Source of the DNA: Squalus acanthias
Taxonomy: Eukaryota
DNA length: 64,000 nt
Assembly: GCA_030390025.1 (NCBI GenBank)
Contig: JASTWF010000327.1
Coordinates: forward strand, 124,001-188,000
Direction of reading: 5' to 3'
Positions 11,424 to 22,300 of the stretch are shown here, in pieces (position 1 is the first letter of the stretch; the number at the start of each line of letters is the position of its first letter). The position numbers and the translations under genes were made by a program. The notes under the pieces are model-generated. The model worked only from the letters and a program-made list of their open reading frames with translations. It was not told the origin of the DNA and did not search any database.

Positions 11424-12060
11424 ACGCGCCCAGGGGGGCGGGATCTGACCCGCCGCTTCAGGTCGCACCCAACAGAGGCCCCGCCCCTTACTGATCAGCC
11501 CCACGTGACCCTCTCCGGCGGTCCGCACCGCGCATGCTCAGGACACACACGGTGGGACCTGTCAATCATCCACCCCTGCGTCTGCGCGCTGGGCTCCGGA
11601 GCTGCAGGCTGCTGCGCGGGACTTTCTTTGTAAAGTCGGATGTTCGTTCAGAGCCGAGATCAGTGAGAGAAAGTGAGTTTTCCCCGAGATCCGATTGAGA
11701 TCAGAGGCGGGGAGAGAATAAAGGGAAACACAAACCTGAGAGTCCGTGGATCCGGGCCCCGAGCCGAGCTTCTGCAGTTTGGCGGAGCGCACTCTAGGGA
11801 CACGTGACCCGGGCCCACCGCGTGATTGACGGGAGCTACCGACCAATAGGGAGCGAGTGGGGCGGGGCTGGAGGACCGAGCCGGCGGCGGGTCCTCCAAC
11901 CAATCGGGGAGCCAGAGGGGCGGGACTAGCGCCGGCTGATTGTCTGATCCGCGGGGCAGCGAGTTTCTCCAGTCCCTTGTTCAGGGCCCGGGGCCAGGGG
12001 AGGCTGTGGGCCTTTATTCCCCTTATTGGACACAAGGCTCTTTGGCTCACAACACACTGG
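11424..12060 (+). promoter_or_regulatory. CpG-island promoter / putative non-coding first exon
   Basis: GC boxes (CCCCGCCCC, GGGGCGGGG), E-boxes CACGTG (~11502, ~11801), CCAAT boxes (~11843, ~11900), NRF1-like CGCGCATGCTC, and donor AAA|GTGAGT at 11673. Confidence 0.65.
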
Positions 12061-12145
12061 CTCAGGTTTTAATACAGACTTTTTAAATTCATGAATAACA
12101 GCAGATAAACCCCGTGCTTCTGTGGCACAAACTTTCTAATATTTT

Positions 12146-12400
12146 ATAGAATCATAGAATGGTTACAGCACAGAAGGAGGCCATTCGGCCCGTCGAGCCC
12201 GTGCCGGCTCTCTGCAAGATCACTTCAGCTAGTCCCACTCCCCGCCCTTTCCCCACAGCCCTGCAAATTTCTTTACTTCAGATACTTATCCAATTCCCTT
12301 TTGAAAGCCATGATTGAATCTGCCTCCACCACCCTTTCAGGCATTGCATTCCAGATCCTAACCACTCTCTGCGTAAAAAAGATTCCCCTCACGCCATTAA
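12146..12400 (-). mobile_element. CR1 3' end fragment
   Basis: ATAGAATCATAGAATGG tail and GGCCATTCGGCCC terminal motif. Confidence 0.85.
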
Positions 12401-13145
12401 TCTAGTCTCATACTCTCTCTTTGCCCCTCTTATTCCCTTTTAAATCTCCTCTACATTCTATATTCAGCTTGGTTCTCTACTGTATTCTGTCATAAGCTTC
12501 ATTTTCTGTCTCATTTTAACCTCTCGATATCTTTTGTCATCGAGAGAGCTGTAGCTTTGGATGCCCCTCCTTGCCCCTTGTGGGAATGTGTTTACTCTGT
12601 ACTCGAACTATGTCCTGGTTGAAGGCCTCCCATTGTTCAATTACTGTTTTGCCTACCAATTTTTGATTCCAATCCACCTGGGTCAGATCCCTTTTTAACT
12701 CCTTCAAGTTAGCACTATGCTTGATTGTTCCTTGTTCTTTTCTGTAACTATTCTAAACCTGATGACATTATGATCAGTGTTCCTCAAATGCTCCCCCACT
12801 GAAACATTCCCCACTTGCCCCATTTCATTCCCCAGAACTAGATCCAGCACTGCTTCTTTCCTCGTTGGGCTGGAAACAGTGTTTAAGAAAGTTCTCTTGT
12901 ACACATTTCAGTAATTTCTCCCCCTCTATGTCCTTTACACTGTTACTATCGCAGTCTATATTAGGATAATTGAAGTCTTCCATTATCACTACGCCGTTGT
13001 TCCTGTATCTTTCTGTAATTTGTCTGCAAACTTGCTTCTCTCTCTCCTTCCCATTGTTTGGCGACCTATAGTATACACCCAATAGCGTAATAGCTCCTCT
13101 ATTGTTCCTTAAATCAAACCAAATTGATTCTGTTTTTGACCTCTC
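12400..13145 (-). mobile_element. CR1 ORF2 endonuclease-region fragment
   Basis: LLGVYYRSPN, VVIMEDFNYPNID and AVLDLVLGN motifs in broken frames. Confidence 0.85.
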
Positions 13146-13146
13146 A

Positions 13147-14195
13147 CATAGAATCATAGAATGGTTACAGCACAGAAGGAGGCCATTTGGCCTGTCGAGC
13201 CCATGCTGGCTCTGTGCAAGTGTACTTCAGCTAGTCAGACTCCCCCACCCTTTCCCCATAGCCCTGGGAAAAAAATTCCTTCAGGTACTTATCTAATTCC
13301 CTTTTGAAAGCCACGATTGAATCTGCCTCCACCACCCTTTCAGGCAGTGCATTCCAGATCATAACTACTCGCTGCGTAAAAAAGTTTTTCCTCATGTCGC
13401 CTTTGGTTCTTCTGCCAATTACCTTAAATCTGTGTCCTCTGGTTCTCGACCTGTCCGCCAATGGGAACAGTTTCTCTTTATCTACTCCTACCAGACCCTC
13501 GTGATTTTGAACACCTCTAAAAATCTCCTCTCAACCTTCTCTGTTCTAAGGAGAACAACCCCAGCTTCTCCAGTCTATCCACGTAACTGAAGTCCCTCAT
13601 CCCTGGAACCATTATTGTAAATCTTTTCTGCACCATCTCCAAGGCCTTCACATCCTTCCTAAAGTACAGTGTCCAGAATTGGGCTCAATACTCCAGTTGA
13701 GGCAGAACCAGTGTTTTATAAAGGTTCATCATAACTTCCTTGCTTTTGTACTCTATGCCACTATTTATGAATGGTGATTTCAAATAAAACTGTTGGACTA
13801 TAACCTGGTGTTGTGCGACCTCACTATTTATGAAACCCAGGATCCTGTATGCTTTTTTAACTGCTTTCTCAACCTGCCCTGCCACGTTAATGATTTGTGC
13901 ACATATACCCCCAGGTCTCTCTGTTCATGCACCCCCTTTAGAATTGTACCCTTTAGTTTATATTGCCTCTCCTCATTCTTTCTACCAAAATGTATCAATT
14001 CGCATCTTTCTGCATTAAATTTCATCTGCCATGTGTCCGCCCATTCCACCAGCCTGTCTATGTCCTCTTGAAGTCTATCACTATCCTCCTCACTGTTACC
14101 TATACTTCCAAGTTTTGTGTCATCTGCAAGTTTTGAAATTGTGCCCAAGTGCAAGCCATTAATATATATCAGGAAAAGCAGTGGTCCTAGTCCCT
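13147..14195 (-). mobile_element. 5'-truncated CR1 LINE (RT C-terminus to tail)
   Basis: ADDTKLG, WQMKFNAERC and MRKNFFTQRVV motifs; CR1 tail at 13147. Confidence 0.9.
13772..13821 (+). mobile_element. 50-bp insertion flanked by a 13-bp target-site duplication; Penelope-like 3' fragment suspected
   Basis: CACTATTTATGAA at 13759-13771 and 13822-13834 flanks AATAAAACTGTTGGACTATAACCTGGTGTTG. The family assignment is from recall only. Confidence 0.6.
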
Positions 14196-14430
14196 CTCCA
14201 GTGCTATAATAGTTTATTTGATCAATACTGCACCCCTCCTTTTCTCCTTTCCTATCTTTCCTGAATACCTTGTAGCTAGGAATATCGAGTTCCCAATCCC
14301 CCCTTGTTTGAGCCAGCTCTCTGTTATTGCCACTATATCATAGTCCCATGTGGGTACTTGTGCCTGCAGTTCACCAATGTTATGTACCACGCTCCGTGCA
14401 TTTACACACATGCACTCCAACTCCATCTTA
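14195..14430 (-). mobile_element. CR1 ORF2 N-terminal endonuclease fragment
   Basis: CMCVNARSV...YDIVAITESWL. Confidence 0.8.
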
Positions 14431-14599
14431 GAATGCCTCAAACCTGGCCCCTGTCTGATCCCTCCTATGTCCGAATATTAAAAATTCTTTATATAGTGAT
14501 TTTGTTTATTGCTCCTCCGGCCCCAACTTCAATGGGATGACAAAACATCTGTCCACCAATTGGGGATGTAAATGGTGGTGAATTAACCCAGAATCCTCC

Positions 14600-15000
14600 G
14601 CGAGGTGTAAAGTGCCCCATCAGTGACGACAGGAGCCCAGTGCGCCGGCGCAGTAACTGGGTGTGCTCTGAGCATGCGCAGTGCGTGTGGTGCTGTTGGA
14701 TTAGGCGGGACAGCGGCCGGGAGGCGGGAGGAGATCATGGTCGGAGATTGTGGTCGCAGGGGATGGATTGGACCAGCGCGTGAGTTTAAAAGCTTAAAAA
14801 CACCTGGTGTAGGCCTGAGGCCCCGAATAAGAGCCCACAAGCTCCGTGTTTTCCCGGTTACAGGCCCGGTCCGTGACCGCCCGGGTGATCCGGGTCACTG
14901 GCCGCCATCTTGGACAGGACGGGTCTCACGGCGCATGCGCGGTACATTGGCCAGGAACAAAGAGTGGGCGGGGCTTCAGGGTCTCTGTCAGTTTGATTGG
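14600..15000 (+). promoter_or_regulatory. CpG-island promoter / first exon of ZNF-C
   Basis: NRF1-like GCATGCGCA (~14673) and GCGCATGCGC (~14932), YY1 GCCGCCATCTTG (~14901), GC box, donor GC|GTGAGT at 14780. Homologous to 39650-40010. Confidence 0.75.
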
Positions 15001-15414
15001 ACCACATGTTTCTCCCATATTATTGGCCCCTGAAAGGGAGCCTTGTTGGGCTGATTCTTGTTTGGTGACCCTGGGGCGACCCAGTCTCACCCTATTGGTC
15101 CATCCAAAAAGGCCCAGTGACCAGGAGAGAAAACCAGCAGCTCATTAATTTTATTCTCACTCTGCACACAGCGGGTGTGGAACTGAACCCAACCAGAGTA
15201 GAGGGAGGAGAAAACTGGGAGTGGAGGAAAGAAATGTTGGAGATGGTGCGATGGGTTTGGATTTCAGCACAGGGAGGAGGGAGAGTGTGTGGGACGGGGA
15301 TTTACAGCTTTGGGGGAACAAGAGAGGAAAGAATGTTCCATAGAAACTAGAATTGTCTGTTCTGAATTTCTATCCTGTACTTACAGTGATGACTTTTCTA
15401 AACTCCTTTTATAG

Positions 15415-16453
15415 GTTATTAGAAGGGGAGGATTTACAGACTGGAAGCTCAAGCCAAACATCATGTCAAGATCTGACAGAGTCACTTGATTCATCAGGAC
15501 CTGAATATCATCGGCCTCTGAATGTGGAAGGAGAAATGTTTGTCTGTTCTGTCTGTGGGGAAAGATTTCAGTCATCAGTGTGACTGGAAAAGCACCGAGA
15601 CACACACACCCGAGTGAGAGTGTTCCAGTGCACTGACTGTGGAAAGAGCTTTAACCAGTTACACAGCCTGAAAAATCACCGCACCATTCACTGCGGGGAG
15701 AAACCGTACACGTGTTCTGTGTGTGGACGAGGCTTCAACTGATCGTCCAACCTGGAGAGATACAACGACACCCGCACCACGGACAAACTGTGGAAATGTG
15801 AGGACTGTGGGAAGGGATTCCATTACCCGTCCCAGCTGGAAATTCATCGACGCAGTCACACCGGGGAGAGGCCGTTCAGTTGCTCTCACTGCCTGAAGAC
15901 TTTCAAAGAATCATCCAATCTGTTGAAACACCAGCAAATTCACACTGGGGAGAGGCCGTTCACCTGCTCTGTGTGTGGGAAGGGATTCTCTCAGTCTTCC
16001 CACCTGCTGAAACACCAGCGAGTTCACACTGGGGAGAGACCATTCACCTGCTATATTTGTGGGAAAGGATTCACTCAGTCTTCTAACCTGTTTACACACC
16101 AGCGAGTTCACACCAGGGAGAGACCGTTCACCTGCTATATTTGTGGGAAAGGATTCACTCAGTCTTCTAACCTGCTTACACACCAGCGAGTTCACACTGG
16201 GGAGACGCCGTTCACCTGCTCTATGTGTGGGAAGGGATTCTCTGAATCCTTCCATCTACTGACACACCAGCGAGTTCACACTGACGAGAGACCATTCAGG
16301 TGCTCTCGCTGTGCGAAGACATTTGCCCGTTCATCCAACCTGAAGACACACCAGCGAATTCACACTGGGGAGAGGCCATTCACCTGCTCTGAGTGTGGGA
16401 AGGGATTCACTCAGTCATCCAACCTGCTGACACACCAGCGAGTTCACAAGTGA
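15415..16453 (+). CDS. ZNF-C exon: leader, three interrupted or degenerate fingers with in-frame TGA at 15581 and 15740, then 8 intact C2H2 fingers (15779-16453, 224 aa if begun at ACG). Coding status uncertain.
   Basis: Acceptor CTTTTATAG ends at 15414; one reading frame throughout; family 3' UTR with AATAAA at 16595. Confidence 0.65.
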
Positions 16454-16996
16454 CTGCAGGGGTTGGATTCTGCTGTTATTGCTGCTGTTAATGACATCCA
16501 GGACTGAACCATGTTCATTCTGACAGTTGGGGTTTGTTTCTGCTGATGATAACCCTATAGCAGGGCTGGAGTTTAATATTCTGGATAAATGTCAAATAAA
16601 TCGGCTTTATTTGTCCACTCAGGAAGTGTATTTAACAGAAGATGAACAAGGAAACACATCACGGCCCAATAATCCAGCTCTACATTCACAGGAGAAAGTC
16701 TGTTATCTAACTCCTCGAGTGGACAAGATCAAGAAAGATCCCAAATGTAAGAATTCCATTACACTTTTCTAAATACCTTTCAAAGACTGACCGGTTCCTG
16801 CCTTATTCTAGAATTCCCCATCCCTGTGGGAGTCGATATTGGTCAAAAACTACAAATTGTAAATTTCTAACTGCTTTTTCTCTTTCAGTGTTTCAAGCTG
16901 ACCAGGTCCTTCACTCAGAGAATCTCCAAGGAGACTCTTTGATTTAAACACAGCTCTCCCCTCTTTCATATCCGGGATTAGATTACTGGGAATTTG

Positions 16997-18072
16997 AGTA
17001 GGAGTAAATGGGTACTTTTCAGAATGGCAGGCAGTGACCAGCAGGGTACCGCAGGGTTCGGTGCTGGGACCCCAGCTGTTTACATTATATATTAATGATT
17101 TGGACGAAGGGATTAAATGTAATATCTCCAAATTTGCGGATGACACTAAATTGGGAGGCAGTGTGAACAATGAGGAGGATGCTAGGAGGCTACAGAGTGA
17201 CTTGGACAGGTTGGGTGAATGGGCAAATGTATGGCAGATGAAGTACAATGTGGATAAATGTGAGGTTATCCACTTTGGTGGTAAAAATAGAGAGGCGGAC
17301 TATTATCTGAATGGTGGCAGATTAGGGAAAGGGGAGGTGCAACGAGACCTGGGCGTCATGGTACATCAGTCACTGAAGGTGGGAATGCAAGTGCAGCAGA
17401 CAGTCAAGAAAGCAAACGGAATGATGGCCTTCATAGTAAGGGGATTTGAGTACAGGAGTAGGGAGATTATGCTGCAGTTGTACAGGGCCTTGGTGAGGCC
17501 ACATCTGGAGTATTGTGCGCAGTTTTGGTCTCCTAACTTAAGGAAGGACATTCTTGCTATTGAGGGAGTGCAGCGAAGGTTCACTAGATTGATTCCTGGG
17601 ATGGCCGGACTGACATATCAAGAAAGATTGGGTCAACTGAACTTGTATCCTCTGGAGTTCAGAAGAATGAGGGGGGATCTTATAGAGACATTTAAATTCC
17701 TGACTGGTTTAGACAAATTAGATGCGGGCAGAATGTTCCCAATGTTAGGGAAAACTAGAACCAGGGGTCACAGTCTAAGGATTAAGGGGAAGCCATTTAA
17801 GACTGAGCTGAGGAGGAACTTCTTCACCCAGAGAGTGGTGAATCTATGGAATTCTCTTCCACAGAAGGTTGTTGAGGCCAGTTCGCTAAATATATTCAAA
17901 AGGGAGTTAGATATAAAACTCACAACTAGGGGGATCAAGGGGTATGGCGAGAAAGCAGGAATGGGGTACTGAGGTAGCATGTTCAGCCATGAACGCATTG
18001 AATGGCGGTGCAGGCTCGAAGGCCCGAATGGTCTACTCCTGTACCTATTTTCTATGTTTCTATGTTTCTATG
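16997..18072 (+). mobile_element. 5'-truncated young CR1 LINE with an uninterrupted 312-aa RT C-terminal ORF
   Basis: [15 protein letters not shown] and RPHLEYC motifs; (TTTCTATG)n tail. Confidence 0.95.
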
Positions 18073-18674
18073 AATACCTGACCACTCAAATTTAAAAGGG
18101 CCCGTCAGTGATACACAGACTGAACCAATCACACAGCTCTGGCTCAGTTTGAATGATTCCTCTCTCCAGCCTGTAACCGATGAAACTTGTAACACTAAGG
18201 CTGAAATTCTACTGTCGTGTGCCGGGGGTGCAGGCAGTGCTGGGCACAGAGGGAGCAGCAAACCGGGTTCAGAGTGGGCACACTGGGTTTACCCTTGCCC
18301 TGGGTTTTCTGATGAGCTTGTCCTGGGGCCCAGTGGGCTTTCACTGCTCCGGGGTATTTCCGGGCATGTCCTCACTGCCCCTGAAATTCCCACACATTGC
18401 CCCCTGGGTGTGAGGCCAGTGCTCTGTGCCTTTAAACACTGGAGTGAAGCCGAGTCCTGCAGGCACACAGTCACCAGGAGGAGTTTCTAACCGTCCGGGC
18501 CGACCTTTTGGGGAGATTATCCCACTTTTGGGCCAGTTGTGGTTTCTTCCCATTGTCCCGTTGCTTGTTCCCTTGGATTGGATCTTTATTTGTTCCCTTT
18601 GGTTTGGTTTCAGTTTCACTGCTGGACCCACCACTCAAAGCACTTTGTCTTTGAAGGAGGCAGGACATGATTAT

Positions 18675-19160
18675 GAGGCTGTTATAAAAAGCATTCGGGA
18701 TCCTGGGCTTTATAAATAGAGGCACAGAAAGCAAGGAAGTTATGCTAAACATTTATGAATCACTGGTTAGGCCTCAGCTGGACTATTGTGTCCAATTCTG
18801 GGCACCAGGCTTTAGAAAGGATATCAAGGCCTTGGAGAGGGTGCAGAGGAGATTTACGGGAATGATGACACTGCGAGGAGGGTTGGTAACAAAAGTACAC
18901 AGATTTAAGATAATTGATAAAAGAACTAGGGGGGAGATGAGGAGAATTTTTTAATGCACAGAATGATTATGATCTGGAAGGTGGTGGAAGCAGATTCAAT
19001 CGTAACATTCAAAAGGGAATTGGATAAATACTTGAAAAGGAAAAGTTTACAGAGCTGTGGGGAAAGAGCAGGGTGTGGGACTAATTGGATAGCTCGACCA
19101 AAGAGCCAGCACAGGCACGATGGGCCGAATGGCCACCTTCTGCCCTCGATGATTCTATGA
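18675..19160 (+). mobile_element. Internally deleted CR1 3' fragment
   Basis: RPQLDYCVQFWAP, ALERVQRRFT and 3' motif GGGCCGAATGGCC. Confidence 0.85.
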
Positions 19161-19324
19161 GTAAAATATTTTCTGATTACGTTTCACAGCCGGAATTCAG
19201 CCTCGGATTCTGTGGTGAATTCCAGGCCGCATTCTTCGAACAACCAAACTTTGTTTTGTTATTCATTCTCGCTGGCAAGGTCGTCATTTATTGTCCAGCC
19301 CTAGTTGTGAAACGTAATCAGAAG

Positions 19325-22300
19325 AAATACAGTCAGTAACACAGGGCGCTGGGGGAGGGGTTACTGAGTGACAGTGTGAGGGAGCTGGATTAACATCAGT
19401 AGAGATACAGTCAGTAACACAGGGCGCTGGGGGAGGGGTTACTGAGTGACAGTGTGAGGGAGCTGGATTAACATCAGTAGAGATACAGTCAGTAACACAG
19501 GGTGCTGGGGGAGGGGTTACTGAGTGACAGTGTGAGGGAGCTGGATTAACATCAGTAGAGATACAGTCAGTAACACAGGGTGCTGGGGAGAGGGGTTACT
19601 GAGTGACCGTGTGAGGAGCTGGATTAACATCAGTAGAGATACAGACAGTAACACAGGGTGCTGGGGAGAGGGGTTACTGAGTGACAGTGTGAGGGAGCTG
19701 GATTAACATCAGTAGAGATACAGTCAGTAACACAGGTGCTGGGGGAGGGGTTACTGAGTGACGGTGCTGGATTAACATCAGTAGAGATACAGTCAGTAAC
19801 ACAGGGTGCTGGGGGAGGGGTTACTGAGTGACAGTGTGAGGGAGCTGGATTAACATCAGTACAGATACAGTCAGTAACACACGGCGCTGGGGAGAGGGGT
19901 TACTGAGTGACAGTGTGAGGGAGCTGGATTAACATCAGTAGAGATACAGTCAGTAACACAGGGTGCTGGGGGAGGGGTTACTGAGTGACAGTGTGAGGGA
20001 GCTGGATTAACATCAGTAGAGATACAGTCAGTAACACAGGGTGCTGGGGAGAGGGGTTACTGAGTGACAGTGTGAGGGAGCTGGATTAACATCAGTAGAG
20101 ATACAGTCAGTAACACAGGTGCTGGGGGAGGGGTTACTGAGTGACAGTGTGAGGGAGCTGGATTAACATCAGTACAGATACAGTCAGTAACACGGTGCTG
20201 GAGGGAGGGGTAATTGAGTGACAGTGTGAGGGAGCTGGATTAACATCAGTAGAGATACAGTCAGTAACACAGGGTGCTGGGGGAGGGGTTACTGAGTGAC
20301 AGTGTGAGGGAGCTGGATTAACATCAGTAGAGATACAGTCAGTAACACAGGGCGCTGGGGGAGAGGGGTTACTGAGTGACAGTGTGAGGGAGCTGGATTA
20401 ACATCAGTAGAGATACAGTCAGTAACACAGGGCGCTGGGGGAGGGGTTACTGAGTGACAGTGAGGGAGCTGGATTAACATCAGTAGAGATACAGTCAGTA
20501 ACACAGGGCGCTGGGGGAGGGGTTACTGAGTGACAGTGTGAGGGAGCTGGATTAACATCAGTAGAGATACAGTCAGTAACACGGTGCTGGGGGAGGGGTT
20601 ACTGAGTGACGGTGAGGGAGCTGGATTAACATCAGTAGAGATACAGTCAGTAACACAGGGTGCTGGGGGAGGGGTTACTGAGTGACAGTGTGAGGGAGCT
20701 GGATTAACATCAGTAGAGATACAGTCAGTAACACAGGGTGCTGGGGAGGGTTACTGAGTGACAGTGTGAGGGAGCTGGATTAACATCAGTAGAGATACAG
20801 TCAGTAACACAGGTCGCTGGGGAGAGGGGTTACTGAGTGACAGTGTGAGGGAGCTGGATTAACATCAGTAGAGATACAGACAGTAACACAGGGCGCTGGG
20901 GGAGGGGTTACTGAGTGACAGTGTGAGGGAGCTGGATTAACATCAGTAGAGATACAGTCAGTAACACAGGGTGCTGGGGAGAGGGGTTACTGAGTGACAG
21001 TGTGAGGGAGCTGGATTAACATCAGCACAGATACAGACAGTAACACGGTGCTGGGGGAGGGGTTACTGAGTGACAGTGTGAGGGAGCTGGATTAACATCA
21101 GTAGAGATACAGTCAGTAACACAGGGTGCTGGGGGAGGGGTTACTGAGTGACAGTGTGAGGGAGCTGGATTAACATCAGTAGAGATACAGACAGTAACAC
21201 AGGGCGCTGGGGGAGGGGTTACTGAGTGACAGTGTGAGGGAGCTGGATTAACATCAGTAGAGATACAGTCAGTAACACAGGGCGCTGGGGGAGGGGTTAC
21301 TGAGTGACAGTGTGAGGGAGCTGGATTAACATCAGTAGAGATACAGTCAGTAACACAGGGTGCTGGGGGAGGGGTTACTGAGTGACAGTGTGAGGGAGCT
21401 GGATTAACATCAGTAGAGATACAGTCAGTAACACAGGGCGCTGGGGGAGAGGGTTACTGAGTGACAGTGTGAGGAGCTGGATTAACATCAGTAGAGATAC
21501 AGTCAGTAACACAGGGCTGCTGGGGGAGGGGTTACTGAGTGACAGTGTGAGGGAGCTGGATTAACATCAGTAGAGATACAGTCAGTAACACAGGGCGCTG
21601 GGGAGAGGGGTTACTGAGTGACAGTGTGAGGGAGCTGGATTAACATCAGTAGAGATACAGTCAGTAACACAGGGCGCTGGGGGAGGGGTTACTGAGTGAC
21701 AGTGTGAGGGAGCTGGATTAACATCAGTAGAGATACAGTCAGTAACACAGGGTGCTGGGGGAGGGGTTACTGAGTGACAGTGTGAGGGAGCTGGATTAAC
21801 ATCAGTAGAGATACAGTCAGTAACACAGGGTGCTGGGGGAGGGGTTACTGAGTGACAGTGTGAGGGAGCTGGATTAACATCAGTACAGATACAGTCAGTA
21901 ACACAGGGCGCTGGGGGAGGGGTACTGAGTGACAGTGTGAGGGAGCTGGATTAACATCAGTAGAGATACAGTCAGTAACACACGGCGCTGGGGGGAGGGG
22001 TTACTGAGTGACAGTGTGAGGGAGCTGGATTAACATCAGTAGAGATACAGTCAGTAACACGGCGCTGGGGGAGGGGTTACTGAGTGACAGTGTGAGGGAG
22101 CTGGATTAACATCAGTAGAGATACAGTCAGTAACACAGGGCGCTGGGGGAGGGGTTACTGAGTGACAGTGAGGGAGCTGGATTAACATCAGTAGAGATAC
22201 AGACAGTAACACAGGGTGCTGGGGGAGGGGTTACTGTGTGACAGTGTGTGGGAGCTGGATTAACATCTGTAGAGATACAGTCAGTAACACATGGCGCTGG

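Noticed and set aside
8712..11633. 973-aa ORF of ESQGRARSLRDEGGECAV repeats
   Set aside because: By-product of a 54-bp unit (a multiple of 3) lacking stops in one frame. It has no ATG start, and 1-nt deletions shift the frame at the left end.
16454..16600. SECIS element explaining the in-frame TGA codons as selenocysteine
   Set aside because: The AUGA core is not conserved across copies (AATGAC versus AATCAC), and the TGAs align to helix residues (likely Arg CGA) rather than Cys ligands. SECISearch would settle it.
18195..19205. Possible TIR pair AGGCTGAAATTC / GAATTCAGCCT
   Set aside because: Short and imperfect with no TSD, so an element cannot be supported.
19365..19380. RAG recombination signal heptamer in the 78-bp unit (GACAGTG)
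   Set aside because: It lacks the essential CAC start and has no nonamer at 12 or 23 spacing.
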